Source of the DNA: an uncultured delta proteobacterium
Lineage (GTDB): Bacteria; Desulfobacterota; Desulfomonilia; Desulfomonilales; Desulfomonilaceae
NCBI GenBank assembly: GCA_963843165.1
Contig: CAWJJL010000052.1
Span: 1,145-65,144 of the forward strand
DNA length: 64,000 nucleotides
Direction: 5' to 3'
Position 1 is the first letter of the stretch. Each line of letters begins with the position of its first letter. Below, in pieces: positions 50,959 to 60,839 of the stretch. The position numbers and the translations under genes were made by a program. The notes beneath the pieces were generated by a model. It was not told the origin of the DNA and made no database searches. It was given only the letters and a program-made list of their open reading frames with translations.

Positions 50959-51051
50959 ACAGAAAGATTTTCTGTATTGAAAAACTTTTTCTTGACAATG
51001 CATGGCTATAGACAATATTCTGGATGTAGATAATCTTTCTATGGACAGAAA
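50959..51051 (+). promoter_or_regulatory. Candidate promoter/operator region of the IclR gene: repeated ACAGAAA/TTTCTGT half-sites and TTGACA-18-TATTCT
   Basis: ACAGAAA-gat-TTTCTGT (50959-50975) overlaps a TTGACA. A second TTGACA lies at 50992 with TATTCT at 51016. TTTCTAT-gg-ACAGAAA lies at 51036-51051, next to the RBS. Confidence 0.3.
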
Positions 51052-51066
51052 ATAAGGAGAGCTTCT

Positions 51067-51903
51067 ATGGCAACCTCAATAGATGGCACCAAACCCAAAT
51101 CCACTTATTCCGGCATTGTGCCTGCCGTGGAAGAGGCGTCTCGAGTCCTGATAACTCTCGCCCGTAACAATGCGGGAAAGATGACTCTGACCCAGATCCG
51201 CAAGGAAGTCGGTATCCATAACAGCAAGGCGTTCTCTATCTTGAACACGCTGCAGAAGTTTGGATTCGTTCAGAAAGATCCCGTAACCAAAACATATTCA
51301 TTGGGAATGGGGCTGATCTTCCTATCACAAAAGGTCCTTGACACCCTGGATTTGCGTGAAGTTGCGTCTCCGTTTCTCAGCAGACTCTCATCAGGAACAA
51401 ACAGCACGGCGTTTCTAGGATTGATCTCGGGCAATTACGTTTATGTAGTGGCCAAAGATGAGGGAAGCCAAACGGTGGCCGTTACATTCAGGATTGGACA
51501 GCGATTTCCCCTGTTCTGGGGCACTCACGGCAAGGCTATACTGGCATTTTTGCCGGAAGAAGAGCGCAAGCAAATTTTGGCGAGCGATGGTCTCTCTTTT
51601 CGTAGTCAGGGAGCACCGATCGATTTACGTGATCTGGAGAAAGAACTTATTGCGTGCAGAAAGTCCGGTTACGCAGTTGATCTCGATGAAACAAAGATAG
51701 GAATTCGTTCCGTGGCCGCCCCGGTTTTCGGCCCCACGGCAAAACTGATCGGGGCGTTCGTTGTTATTGGCACATTTCCCGGTGAGTTGGCGGACGATTA
51801 CGGGAGGCGCGTGGCTAAAGAGGCACGGGTCTTCTCGCAGTCGCTGGAGGGTTACCCCAATCCAACAGCGCGAACTGAGCGTGGAACAGTATTGATCAAT
51901 TAA
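51067..51903 (+). CDS. IclR-family transcriptional regulator
   Basis: The N-terminal wHTH region is LTQIRKEVGIHNSKAFSILNTLQKFGFV. The C-terminal effector domain includes GYAVDLDE...GIRSVAAPVF. Confidence 0.85.
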   Translation: MATSIDGTKPKSTYSGIVPAVEEASRVLITLARNNAGKMTLTQIRKEVGIHNSKAFSILNTLQKFGFVQKDPVTKTYSLGMGLIFLSQKVLDTLDLREVASPFLSRLSSGTNSTAFLGLISGNYVYVVAKDEGSQTVAVTFRIGQRFPLFWGTHGKAILAFLPEEERKQILASDGLSFRSQGAPIDLRDLEKELIACRKSGYAVDLDETKIGIRSVAAPVFGPTAKLIGAFVVIGTFPGELADDYGRRVAKEARVFSQSLEGYPNPTARTERGTVLIN

Positions 51904-51972
51904 TAATCAGAATGTCCTGGCACTATTGGGAGCGCATGTGCCTCAACTGCCGGGACGGATAGGAGCAAGAAA

Positions 51973-52449
51973 ATGAAGCATAATATTAAGTTCAAAGTGA
52001 ATGGTGATGAATGTTCGCTAGCAGTGGATCCCTGGCGGACCTTGAATGAGGTTCTCCGTGAAGACCTCAATCTGACCGGCACAAAATTTGGGTGCGGCGT
52101 GGGTGATTGCGGGGCTTGCGCGGTCATTGTGGATGGTCGAACTGTCAGCTCATGCTTGACCCTGGCTGTCTCGGTGGATGGAAAAGAAGTTAAGACCGTG
52201 GAGGGTCTTGCCCCTTCGGGGGAAGAGCTTCACCCGATACAGGATGCTTTTGTCAAACACGGTGCAATTCAATGCGGCTTTTGCACCTCAGGTATGGAGA
52301 TGGCTGCGGTACACCTCCTGAGTCACAACCCGTCTCCCACCGAGAAGGAAATTAGAGCCGGCCTATCCGGCCATCTGTGCAGGTGCACGGGATACAATCA
52401 GATTGTGGAAGCCGTTTCCGTTGCGGCAGAAACCATGAAGCAGCGCTAA
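51973..52449 (+). CDS. Xanthine dehydrogenase/CODH-family small subunit, [2Fe-2S]x2
   Basis: GCGVGDCGACAV and QCGFCTSGM...CRCTGY motifs. Confidence 0.9.
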   Translation: MKHNIKFKVNGDECSLAVDPWRTLNEVLREDLNLTGTKFGCGVGDCGACAVIVDGRTVSSCLTLAVSVDGKEVKTVEGLAPSGEELHPIQDAFVKHGAIQCGFCTSGMEMAAVHLLSHNPSPTEKEIRAGLSGHLCRCTGYNQIVEAVSVAAETMKQR

Positions 52450-52467
52450 TTGTGAAGAGGTTGAGCC

Positions 52468-53342
52468 ATGAGATTGCCAAGATTCGAATACTTTGCCCCA
52501 AAGACCTTAGTATCCGCATTGAGTATCCTCGCGGAACAAGGAGATGGCGCTCATCTGTTCGCGGGTGGAACCGATGTAATGGTAAAAATGTCTGCTGGTC
52601 GTTTGAAGCCAAAGGTCATCATCCATTTGATGGATATTGAAGGACTCGACGGGATACATTTCGACCCAACTGAAGGTCTGACTTTGGGTGCCACAGCTCG
52701 GCTCGCAGAAGTTGCTTCCCATCCCGACATCCTGGAGAATTACCCTGCCCTTGCTCACGCAGTTCAGGTAATGGCAAACGTTGAAGTTCGCCATATGGCC
52801 ACTGTTGCAGGGAATCTCTGCAATGCTGCCCCCTCTGCCGACACGGCACCTCCTCTGATTGCCATGGGAGCCGAAGTCACACTTGCAAGCGTGAATGGAG
52901 AAAGGCGATTGCCCTTGGATCAATTTTTTAAGGGGCCCGGACTCACAACAATGCAGCATGGTGAGGTCATGACTTCCATACATGTTCCGCCTCCTCAGCC
53001 GAAATCAGGCGCTTCATATATGCGGATATCTGCTCGCTGCGGCGTGGATATTGCTGCCGTGGGCGTGGGTGTCATGGCCGCTTTCAACGGGAAAGGGTGC
53101 AAAGAGGCCAGAATTGTCCTCGGCGCGGTCGCGCCAATTCCCATGCGTGCAACAAAGACCGAAGATCTTATGAAGGGCCGGCAATGGACGCAAACCTCAT
53201 CGAAGAAGGAGGGGACATGGCCGCCGAAGAAGCTAAGCCCATCTCAGACGTAAGAGCTAGTGCAGAGTGGCGCAAAAAAATGGTTGCCGTATTGACCAGG
53301 CGGACCCTCGAGGAAGCCCGTGAGCGGGCAACAAGGCGTTAG
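52468..53342 (+). CDS. Xanthine dehydrogenase/CODH-family FAD-binding medium subunit, frame broken near 53175-53182
   Basis: FAGGTDVMVKM and ATVAGNLCNA motifs. The C-terminal SDVRASAEWRKKMVAVLTRR lies in ORF 53097..53342 after a 1-nt shift. Confidence 0.85.
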
Positions 53343-53362
53343 TTCGTGAGAAAGGAAGAATT

Positions 53363-55733
53363 ATGAAAGAGTTCAGCGTTATCGGCAAAGATATTCCAAG
53401 GAGCGACGCCACGCCAAAGGCAAGGGGGTCAGCCATATACACGGATGATATGAAGCTCCCTCGAATGCTACACGGACGAATATTGATGAGCCCATTCCCA
53501 CATGCGCTCATCAAACACATCGACACGAGCAAGGCCGCGTCACTCCCTGGCGTCAAGTGCGTCATCACTGCGGAAGATACCCCCAAGATCAAATACGGTA
53601 ACTGGAGGCTTTTTCCCGAAACCCAGGACGAGTATCCCTTGGCCGTTGATAAAGTCCGATTCATAGGGGACGAGGTGGCTGCAGTGGCCGCCACAGACAA
53701 AGACACGGCAGAAGAAGCTCTGGAGCTGATCGAGGTGGAATACGAAGAACTCCCGGCAGTCTTTGATGTTGATGAGGCCATGCGGCCTGGGGCGCCGATC
53801 ATACACGATTACTGCCCCGACAATGTCAGTGTCAATCGGAAGATCGAGTACGGCGATGTGGAAAAGGGTTTTGCGGAGTCAGACTATGTCAGGGAAGACA
53901 CCTTCGACCTTCCTCCGGTGATCCATGCTTATCTTGAGCCCTGCTCGGCCCTGGCCCAAGTGGACTTGGACGGTCGCATCACTCTGTGGACTTCCACCCA
54001 GGTGCCGTATATCGTCCAGTGCCTCCTGGCCTCAACGCTCGGCATGAGGGAAAACGATGTTCGAGTGATCAAGCCTTTTATAGGTGGCGGTTTCGGCGGG
54101 AAAATGGAATTGCGGACATGGGAATTCTGTGCCGCACTCATGGCGAAGAAGACCGGGCGGCCTGTAAAGTTCACACTCAGCAGGGAAGAGGAATTTTTGG
54201 TCGGCAGGAGAAGACATCCCATGAGGATTCATCTCCAAGGTGGGATTCAAGAAAGACGGGACCCTGGTCGCCAACGACGTGAGAATTCAATTGGACGGCG
54301 GGGCATACAATGCAATGGGACCCACAGCCACGTTTTTGTGCGGCAGCTTCGGGGCCATGCTCTACCGCTATCCCAGCTATCGATTTCATGGGCAACACGT
54401 GTATACCAACAAGCCTCCTGCCAGCGCAATGCGTGGTTTCGGCGCTCCTCAGGCCTTTTACGCCAAAGAGACTCAGATGAATATCGCGGCGGAGGAACTG
54501 GGGATCGATCCGATTGATCTCAGAATAAAGAACGCCCAAATGAGCGGGGACGAAATTCCTGGTGTGGCAAATGTTACCAGCTGCGGCTACATTGAAACGC
54601 TCAAGAAGGTGGCTGAGATGAGCGGGTGGAAGGAAAAACGCAAAAACTTGAAACCGGGCCAGGGGATTGGCATCGGCTGCTATAGTTTTATATCCGGAGG
54701 AGTGTTCAACTGGTTCAACACCGAATATCCCTTCTCTGCGGCAGAAATTAGAGCATTCTCAGATGGTACCGTGCATCTTCTTACCATGGCCGCGGATATC
54801 GGGCAGGGCTCGGATACTGTGCTCAAACAGATCCTGGCAGAAGACCTGGGGCTCCGAATGGAGGACATCCGAATCACCTCTGCGGATACGGCCATGACTC
54901 CCCCGGCAGATTTGGGCGCATGGGGAAGTCGGCTCACCTTGATGGCAGGAAACGCGGTGCTCGACGCGTCAAGCAAGATCAAAAAGCGGCTATTTCGTGC
55001 GGTATCCGCTCGCTTTAATCTCAACGTCATACATCAGCTCGAATGCAAGAACGGAAGGGTGCAGTCCAAGGCCAAGCCCGAGTACGGTATGAGCTTCGCA
55101 CAGGCAGTCGCCGGGGAGCAAAGGGCAAGCGGTGGGGAACCACTTGTCGCCCGCGGCTCATACACGCCGAGAGACAAGGGAATGGTGACTCCTGCTCTTG
55201 GTTTCGGCGCTCAGGTGGCTGAGGTGGAGGTCGATCGAGAGACCGGCCTGGTGAAAGTCAAGCATATGTGGACGGTCCATGACTGCGGGACCGTGATAAA
55301 CCCGAGAGGCGTTGAGGGACAGGCTAACGGATCTATTCAAATGGGACTAGGGTACACACTATCAGAACAATTGATCATGGATGGCGGCAAAACCCTCAAT
55401 ACCAATTTCGTGGACTACAAAATGCCGATGGCCACCGACATGCCGTTGAGCGAACAGGGCCACGTTGAGACCTATGAGCCGGAAGGGCCGCTAGGGGCCA
55501 AAGAAGCCGGAGAAGGGCTTGCATCACCCACCGCTCCTGCCATTTCCGACGCCGTATGGCACGCAACAGGTTATCGGTGCAAAGAATTGCCCATAACTCC
55601 CGAGAAAGTGCTCCGATACCTCGAGGAAACACCAACATCCGAGCAGGAAAGCGACGAACCATCGCGGCGTTTGCAGGAAGTGGCAACGGTTGCGCAAGGC
55701 CTGTTCAAGCGGGCGTTATCGCTAATTATGTGA
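53363..55733 (+). CDS. Xanthine dehydrogenase/CODH-family molybdopterin-binding large subunit, frame broken near 54233-54243
   Basis: N-terminal a/b-hammerhead (GKDIPRSDATPKARGSAIYTDD), GGGFGGK and MRGFGAPQ motifs, and C-terminal GAKEAGEG. The two ORFs join at ...MRIHL-K-VGFKKDGT. Confidence 0.85.
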
Positions 55734-55804
55734 TGATGTCGAGATATGATCGAGGCACTGAGAGCAGATGCTATAACTCACAGTTGGGGGAAAAATTCTT
55801 TCGT

Positions 55805-55829
55805 AGGGGCGGTTTTGAAATCCGCCCCT
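55805..55829. terminator. GC hairpin between convergent genes (terminator-like, GGGGCGG family)
   Basis: AGGGGCGG-ttttgaaat-CCGCCCCT in the 112-bp gap between the large subunit (+) and coxG-like (-). Confidence 0.45.
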
Positions 55830-55845
55830 GCCGCAACTTAACAAA

Positions 55846-56298
55846 TCAGGTAAGGGCCTTTAATTTTTCCTGGAGATTGTGGGTAAATTCTTTTTCCACG
55901 TCTTTGGCCTTGCTCTTCATGATCCGATCGCCGAACATGGCGAGTTTTCCCACGATATTGACATTGGCCTGATACGAGACCTCCACCTCGCCATTAGCGG
56001 TCTCCTTGAGATCCACCACGGTTTTCTGTTTGAAATGACCGAGTTTGGTGATGTCCTCACCCTCGCCCTCGAGTTCCAGATGATTCGGGGCCTCAACCTT
56101 GGTGAGCACATTGCGGAACTTCAGTGTCACCTTGATAGGGCCGACTTTCTGTTTCACTACCGCATCGTAGGTAATATCGTCTATCTTGGCGACCTTCTCT
56201 GCCCCAGGCATGCACGAGCCCAGGGTCTCGGGTTCCAGGATATGGTCCCAGACCTTCTGGATTGGCGCCTTTAATGCAAATTTTCCTTCTATGAGCAT
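55846..56298 (-). CDS. CoxG / SRPBCC-family protein (carbon monoxide dehydrogenase subunit G-like)
   Basis: 150 aa. The pattern MLIEGKFALKAPIQKVWDHILEPETLGSCMPG... is typical of CoxG. Confidence 0.8.
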   Translation of the reverse strand: MLIEGKFALKAPIQKVWDHILEPETLGSCMPGAEKVAKIDDITYDAVVKQKVGPIKVTLKFRNVLTKVEAPNHLELEGEGEDITKLGHFKQKTVVDLKETANGEVEVSYQANVNIVGKLAMFGDRIMKSKAKDVEKEFTHNLQEKLKALT

Positions 56299-56445
56299 GA
56301 ATTCCTCCTGCTGGTCTCCTTAAGCACTCAACGTGACATATCAGAGTTGCGGAATAAATTGCCCGGCACAGCACCGAAAACGCAAGGGCGCCGGCGTTTC
56401 CGCAAGCGCCCTTTACATCTGTCCGAGTGTCGCCGGACACTCGGG

Positions 56446-56667
56446 TTATTTGTCGGTCTGCGCCTTTTCGAGCAGCTCCGCAACGGTAATGTAAGCCTTA
56501 TTTCCCGGTTCCGAGGTCTGTGAGAGAAGCAGGTCTATGTATGATAGACCCTGTGCTTCAAACCAAGCCCTATGTGCCTTGTCACCCGTGCCGAACATAT
56601 GTCTGGCGCAGTCAATTGCGCTTCCTGTCTTTGCCATCTTTCCACATACGGGACATTTGTAATTCAC
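56446..56667 (-). CDS. Small hypothetical protein with N-terminal CPxC knuckle (73 aa)
   Basis: MNYKCPVCGKMAKTGSAIDCARHMF...; it lies 15 nt downstream of the molybdoenzyme large-subunit gene. Confidence 0.4.
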   Translation of the reverse strand: MNYKCPVCGKMAKTGSAIDCARHMFGTGDKAHRAWFEAQGLSYIDLLLSQTSEPGNKAYITVAELLEKAQTDK

Positions 56668-56682
56668 GGTATACCCCTTTGT

Positions 56683-58947
56683 CTATTGGCTTTTTTTCTC
56701 TTTCAACGCATGAAGCACCTTCTCGGGAGTTATGGGCAGTTGCTTGACCGTTATCCCCAGTGCGTCATAAAGAGCGGTCGACAATGCCGCGGCCGTGGGA
56801 TTGGTAAGGCCTTCTCCTGCCTCTTTGGCTCCAAAAGGACCTTCGGGCTCGTACGTGTCAACCTCCATGACCTCAGTCTCGGGCATCTCAGGCGCTCTTA
56901 TCAGCTTATAGTCAACCAGATTGGGATTGAGGATCTTCCCGTCCTCCATCGGCAGGTCTTCCAGGAAACCGTACCCCGCGGCCATCGAAATAGCGCCTTC
57001 AAGCTGACCATGAAGACCAAGGGGATTGATCGGCTGACCGCAATCATGCGCAGTCACACAGTTGAGCAGACTTATCTTTCCTGTCTCGGGGTCAACATCA
57101 ATCTCCAGGGCTTGTACTCCGTAACTGTACGCGGGAGAGATCATCCCCTTGCGGTGCGGAGTGTAAAAACCTCTGCCCATGATGCGCTGTCCGGATTTGC
57201 CTCTCAATGCTTCTTTCACTACCTGGAAGTAATCAAGGCCCCTCTCCGGTCGTGCCACCGTATGAACCCATCTGTCCTTGATGTCCAGATCATATACTAT
57301 GTTGACTCCCATCTTTGCAGCTGCAAATTCAAGGAGCTGGCGCTTGGCCTCCGCCGCCGCCCTTTTGGTGGCATTGCCCGCCATCAGCGTCTGCCTGGAA
57401 CCCCAGGCGCCCAGGTCAGGTGGACATTCAGCCGTATCTCCTGAGTGGACCCTGATATCCTCGACTTTCACGCCCAACTCCTGTGCGCAGATCATCGCCA
57501 TGGTGGTGTTCGAACCCTGGCCGATCTCCTGGGCGCCCACGTGAAGGTCCACCTTCCCATCGTAATTGATTGTCACCACTGCCGATGAGAACGAATAGGG
57601 GGTGTCGAACCAGTTGAAAATACCACCGGACATGAATCCATAACATGAAATGCCGATTCCTCTGTTAGCAGGAAGCTTTCCGCGAGATTTCACCCAATTT
57701 TCGATCTTGTCTATACACTCGGCCAGACCGCAACTGGCGATCGTCGCCTGGCCCGGCACTTCATAGTTCGGCGTATGGCCGTTCATGCGCCGGATCTCGA
57801 ATCTGTCAATTCCCAGTTCCTTGGCAATGAGGTCTATCTGGGTCTCGGAACAGAACGTCGCCTGAGGGGCGCCGAATCCACGCATTGAGGTGGAAGGTAT
57901 CGTATTAGTATAAACCCTGTACCCGTCGTATCTGTAACCCTCCCATTTATAAGGAAAGGAATGAAAGAATCCGGTGAGGTACAGAGCGGTCGCTCCCATG
58001 CTGGTGTACGCGCCTCCTTCGGTGAATACACGGGCCTCTCTTGCCATGAACTTGCCGTTCTTTTTCACGCCCGTGCGCACGTAATAATACATGGGCGTGC
58101 GGCTCTTGGAGGCAATGAAGTCCTCCTCACGGGTGAACACGATCTTCACAGGCTTGTAAAGTTTCATGGAGAGAACCGATGCGCAGAACTGGGCCCCATC
58201 CAGCTCGAACTTCCCGCCGAATCCTCCGCCCACGTAATGCGCAATTACCCGGATGTCGCTCTCTCGTATTCCAAGAACTCCTGCAAGCAGGGCCTGCATA
58301 TAGTAAGGGGCCTGGGTGGAAGTCCATACTGTGAGTTTGCCTTCAGGCGTGTATTCAGCCACCGCGCAGCGTGTCTCCATACACATGTGCGCCTGACCTG
58401 AGCACTTGAACCAGTCTTCCCTGATATAGTCCGAGTTCTCAAAGGCTTCTTCCACATCTCCCCATTCGATATGACGAGTCACGTTTATATTGCGCTCAAC
58501 ACCCTCATGAATCTGAGGAGCCTCTTTCTTGATCGCCTCCATCGCATCGTACACACCGGTAAGGACCTCGTAATCCACTTCAATCAGGTCCAGGGCCTGC
58601 TCTGCTATCTCTTCAGTAATCGCAGCTACTGCCGCCACAGGCTCACCGATGTAACGGACCTTCTCCAACGGAAGTATCTGCTCGTCACAGAGTTCGCTGT
58701 ATCTACGCCAGATCCCCTGCTTCACGCCAAGCGTGTCCTTACCCGTAACCACTGCCTTGACTCCCGAAAGCGCCAGGGCCTTTGAAGCATCAATATTCTT
58801 GATTTTCGCATGAGGATGCGGACTTCGAAGAATCTTGCCGTAAAGCATGCCCGGACGCGTGATATCAAAGGTATACTGCGCTCGTCCGGTCACCTTTGCG
58901 ATCCCATCTATATTATGAGTGTGTGTGTTTAAAATATTGTATTTCAT
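56683..58947 (-). CDS. Xanthine dehydrogenase-family molybdopterin-binding large subunit (aldehyde oxidoreductase / 4-hydroxybenzoyl-CoA reductase alpha-like)
   Basis: Intact 754-aa ORF with GRAQYTFD, GGGFGGK, MRGFGAPQ and GAKEAGEG motifs. Confidence 0.9.
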   Translation of the reverse strand: MKYNILNTHTHNIDGIAKVTGRAQYTFDITRPGMLYGKILRSPHPHAKIKNIDASKALALSGVKAVVTGKDTLGVKQGIWRRYSELCDEQILPLEKVRYIGEPVAAVAAITEEIAEQALDLIEVDYEVLTGVYDAMEAIKKEAPQIHEGVERNINVTRHIEWGDVEEAFENSDYIREDWFKCSGQAHMCMETRCAVAEYTPEGKLTVWTSTQAPYYMQALLAGVLGIRESDIRVIAHYVGGGFGGKFELDGAQFCASVLSMKLYKPVKIVFTREEDFIASKSRTPMYYYVRTGVKKNGKFMAREARVFTEGGAYTSMGATALYLTGFFHSFPYKWEGYRYDGYRVYTNTIPSTSMRGFGAPQATFCSETQIDLIAKELGIDRFEIRRMNGHTPNYEVPGQATIASCGLAECIDKIENWVKSRGKLPANRGIGISCYGFMSGGIFNWFDTPYSFSSAVVTINYDGKVDLHVGAQEIGQGSNTTMAMICAQELGVKVEDIRVHSGDTAECPPDLGAWGSRQTLMAGNATKRAAAEAKRQLLEFAAAKMGVNIVYDLDIKDRWVHTVARPERGLDYFQVVKEALRGKSGQRIMGRGFYTPHRKGMISPAYSYGVQALEIDVDPETGKISLLNCVTAHDCGQPINPLGLHGQLEGAISMAAGYGFLEDLPMEDGKILNPNLVDYKLIRAPEMPETEVMEVDTYEPEGPFGAKEAGEGLTNPTAAALSTALYDALGITVKQLPITPEKVLHALKEKKSQ

Positions 58948-59426
58948 GCTTGGTCCTCCCTATATTTCCCCTGGCACACCGCATCCACTGCCCTTACGAT
59001 GCTGTTGTACCCGGTGCAACGACACAAATTCCCATCAAGACCCTCTCTTATCTCTTTTGTCGTTGCTTTGGGATTTTCCTCCAGCAAGGCCGTCGATGAC
59101 ATCAACATGCCGGAGGTGCAGAAACCGCACTGGTAAGAACCATGATCCAGAAAAGCCTTTTGGATCGGGTGAAGCTTTCCGTGATCTTCAAGACCTTCCA
59201 CTGTAGTCACATTCATCCCGTCCGCCTGAATGGCTAATATTGAACATGACTTTACTGCCATCTTTTCAATCATGACCGTGCATGCGCCACAGGAAACCGT
59301 CTCACATCCCCTCTTGGTCCCGGTAAAACCCAGGTGATCGCGTAGCACTTCCACAAGAAGCGTCTTCGGATTTATATAAAGCTCATACTCTTGACCATTG
59401 ACTATGATTCGCAATAATTGTCTTTC
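58944..59426 (-). CDS. Xanthine dehydrogenase-family small subunit, [2Fe-2S]x2
   Basis: GCETVSCGACTV and QCGFCTSGM...CRCTGY motifs. RBS AAGGAGG precedes MERQLLRIIVNG. The stop overlaps the large-subunit start. Confidence 0.9.
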   Translation of the reverse strand, partial: ERQLLRIIVNGQEYELYINPKTLLVEVLRDHLGFTGTKRGCETVSCGACTVMIEKMAVKSCSILAIQADGMNVTTVEGLEDHGKLHPIQKAFLDHGSYQCGFCTSGMLMSSTALLEENPKATTKEIREGLDGNLCRCTGYNSIVRAVDAVCQGKYREDQA

Positions 59427-59443
59427 CATATCATCCCTCCTTA

Positions 59444-60319
59444 TCAAGCCTTTTTCGCAGCCCGTTCCCAAGCCTCTTTCACCATCCTCATCGTCAAAAC
59501 GCTCACCAAATGCCGACGGAAATCTTCGGATGCGTGAATATCCGCCACAGGCTCGGACTCCTCGGCTGCGGCCAGCCCCACTTGCTCCAGCAGATCATTT
59601 CCAAGTTTTTGACCCACAAGTTTGGCTTCGGCACCTTTGGCTCGTATCACCGTAGGTGCTGCGTTCCCAAGGCAAATCCTCGCCTCCTTACAGGTCGAAT
59701 TGCCGTTCAAGGTCACACAAGCCGCTACGGAAACAATCCCCTGATCACTCTCCAGAAGGTTGAACTTCTTATAGGCTACTCCCGTCTTAGCGGAAGGAGC
59801 AGGAACCTGAACCTCCAGCACCATCTCGCCTTCTTCCAGCGCTGTCTCAAAAAGATCGGTGTAAAAATCGTCCAGAGAAATCGTCCTCTCACCCTTGGCG
59901 CTGCCAACCTTGATGCTGCCGGACAATGCCATCAGCACCGGCGCTGGGTCTCCGGCGGGGTCTGCATGGGCCAGGTTGCCTCCAATCGTACCCCAGTTCC
60001 TCACCTGAATATGCGCTAGATGACTCTCCATCTCCGAAAGCGCCACATATTTCTCTCTTATCAAGTCGGACTTCTCAATCGTACGGTGGGTGGTCGTAGC
60101 CCCTATCTTCAAACCAGCTTTCGCATCAAACTTGATGTAGTTGAGTTCCTTCAACCACTTAATATCAATCAAGTTGTCCGTCGCAACCAACCCCTGACGC
60201 AAAAGGATCAGTAGAGACTGACCCCCGCAAATTATCTTGCAGTCGTCCTTATGCTCAGCCAAAAGATCAAACGCCTCTCGTGCACTACCGGGCTTAAAAT
60301 ATTTGAAATCCTTTATCAT
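59444..60319 (-). CDS. Xanthine dehydrogenase-family FAD-binding medium subunit
   Basis: ICGGQSLLILL, GTIGGNLAHADP and the C-terminal HASEDFRRHLVSVL. RBS GGGAGG precedes MIKDFKYF. Confidence 0.85.
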   Translation of the reverse strand: MIKDFKYFKPGSAREAFDLLAEHKDDCKIICGGQSLLILLRQGLVATDNLIDIKWLKELNYIKFDAKAGLKIGATTTHRTIEKSDLIREKYVALSEMESHLAHIQVRNWGTIGGNLAHADPAGDPAPVLMALSGSIKVGSAKGERTISLDDFYTDLFETALEEGEMVLEVQVPAPSAKTGVAYKKFNLLESDQGIVSVAACVTLNGNSTCKEARICLGNAAPTVIRAKGAEAKLVGQKLGNDLLEQVGLAAAEESEPVADIHASEDFRRHLVSVLTMRMVKEAWERAAKKA

Positions 60320-60321
60320 TC

Positions 60322-60570
60322 TTACCTCCCTTCTATACAATCCTCCACATCGCTCAACCACTTCGAACTGCGTACCAACACCGGCGGCTCCGGAATCTCC
60401 TTTATCCGAGAACCAACATCAATCTTAAACCCACTCGACTCCTGCCAAACACACATGTCCTCCGTCATACGGGAACGACCAGAGCAAAGATAATAGTGAC
60501 GTCCCCGAAATACCGCGCACTCCCGACATAATGACTTTGAAAATGGACATAACATCTTGGATTTTGTCAT
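60322..60570 (-). CDS. Small Cys-rich hypothetical protein (82 aa) leading the molybdoenzyme operon
   Basis: MTKSKMLCPFSKSLCRECAVFRGRHYYLC...; its stop lies 2 nt before the ATG of the FAD-subunit gene, inside that gene's RBS. Confidence 0.4.
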   Translation of the reverse strand: MTKSKMLCPFSKSLCRECAVFRGRHYYLCSGRSRMTEDMCVWQESSGFKIDVGSRIKEIPEPPVLVRSSKWLSDVEDCIEGR

Positions 60571-60709
60571 ATAAAACCTCTTACTGACCTATATCGCCTT
60601 CTTTGTGAGATTAAATTAGTTAGAACCGTCTGCTAAGATAGTGCTATCATTACTAAAACGCGAGCGTTGGTAATCTCCGTTGCCGAGGCACGCGTTTCTA
60701 CAAGTGTAA

Positions 60710-60773
60710 GGGCAGCCTTCGAATCTGCCCGTCTCAGGATAGTGCATGCAAAGGGCGGGTTTTAATCCCGCCC
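60710..60773. repeat. Two adjacent GC hairpins of the GGGC(A/G)G family
   Basis: GGGCAG-9-CTGCCC (60710-60730) and GGGCGGG-ttttaat-CCCGCCC (60753-60773), in the 269-bp gap between two minus-strand operons. Confidence 0.5.
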
Positions 60774-60839
60774 CGACTGCATCGTGCTTCGATCTTTGCT
60801 CGTTTAAGAAACTAAACCGAATCATGACGATGTCCTGAC

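Noticed and set aside
60616-60825. A 69-aa ORF between the two minus-strand operons
   Set aside because: It is composed of the two GC hairpin repeats (GAGLKPALC..., GRFEGCPY-type translation artefacts).
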